Source: a virus (lineage: Duplodnaviria > Heunggongvirae > Uroviricota > Caudoviricetes). Taken from it: 5,666 bases of DNA. This document shows, one piece after another, positions 5,485 to 5,666 of this stretch (its first letter is position 1; each line of letters begins with the position of its first letter). The stretch lies in IMG/VR virus record IMGVR_UViG_2778261420_000014; one strand, 5' to 3'. Made by a program: the position numbers and the translations under genes. Below the pieces are notes generated by a model. It did no database searches. It had not been told where the DNA came from and worked only from the letters and a program-made list of their open reading frames with translations.

Positions 5485-5666
5485 GCATGTACATAACCCC
5501 ATTAATGAAACCTAACGCAGTCTGCAATTGCTTCCGGATTGTTCCATCTGAGCATCTGCGTCTCTTCGCAATAGAACGCAGTGAAATACTGGATTTGCCC
5601 CTATATTTCCAGACACCTGTTATCACTTAACCCATTACTGGCCTGCTGCCGCAGATATTCCCGTGG

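Noticed and set aside
5485-5666. Possible tRNA gene or Q-type antiterminator gene end in the 3' flank
   Set aside because: No T-loop-like GTTCRANYC motif or acceptor-stem pairing found by eye, and stops occur in all three minus-strand frames within about 65 nt of the window edge.
1-5666. CRISPR arrays, IS elements, integrase or attachment-site repeats
   Set aside because: No regularly spaced direct repeats, no transposase- or integrase-like ORF, and no convincing direct repeats flanking the AT-rich cassette (only trivial 5-6 nt matches).

Overview
The window has two compositionally distinct parts. (1) Positions 1-3000 (hand-counted about 53% GC in a sample stretch), all on the minus strand: a lambdoid-prophage late/lysis module. 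In transcription order (high to low coordinate) it reads: hairpin+T-tract terminator, small HTH-like ORF, orphan beta-class amino-DNA methyltransferase, strong intrinsic terminator, 3-TM holin, a lambda R-type lytic transglycosylase endolysin, and an overlapped Rz/Rz1-type spanin pair. (2) Positions 3095-5484 (about 30% GC in a sample stretch), plus strand and divergent from the phage genes: a two-gene cassette with a 4-bp ATGA stop/start overlap. It encodes a full-length NdpA/YejK-like nucleoid-associated-protein homolog and a 408-aa protein with an unrecognisable N-terminal domain and three C-terminal transmembrane helices. This cassette is the best candidate for an undescribed accessory system, possibly phage defence or superinfection exclusion. 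No rRNA, tRNA, CRISPR array, transposase or integrase was seen. All homology statements come from reading the translations against remembered family motifs; no database search was possible.
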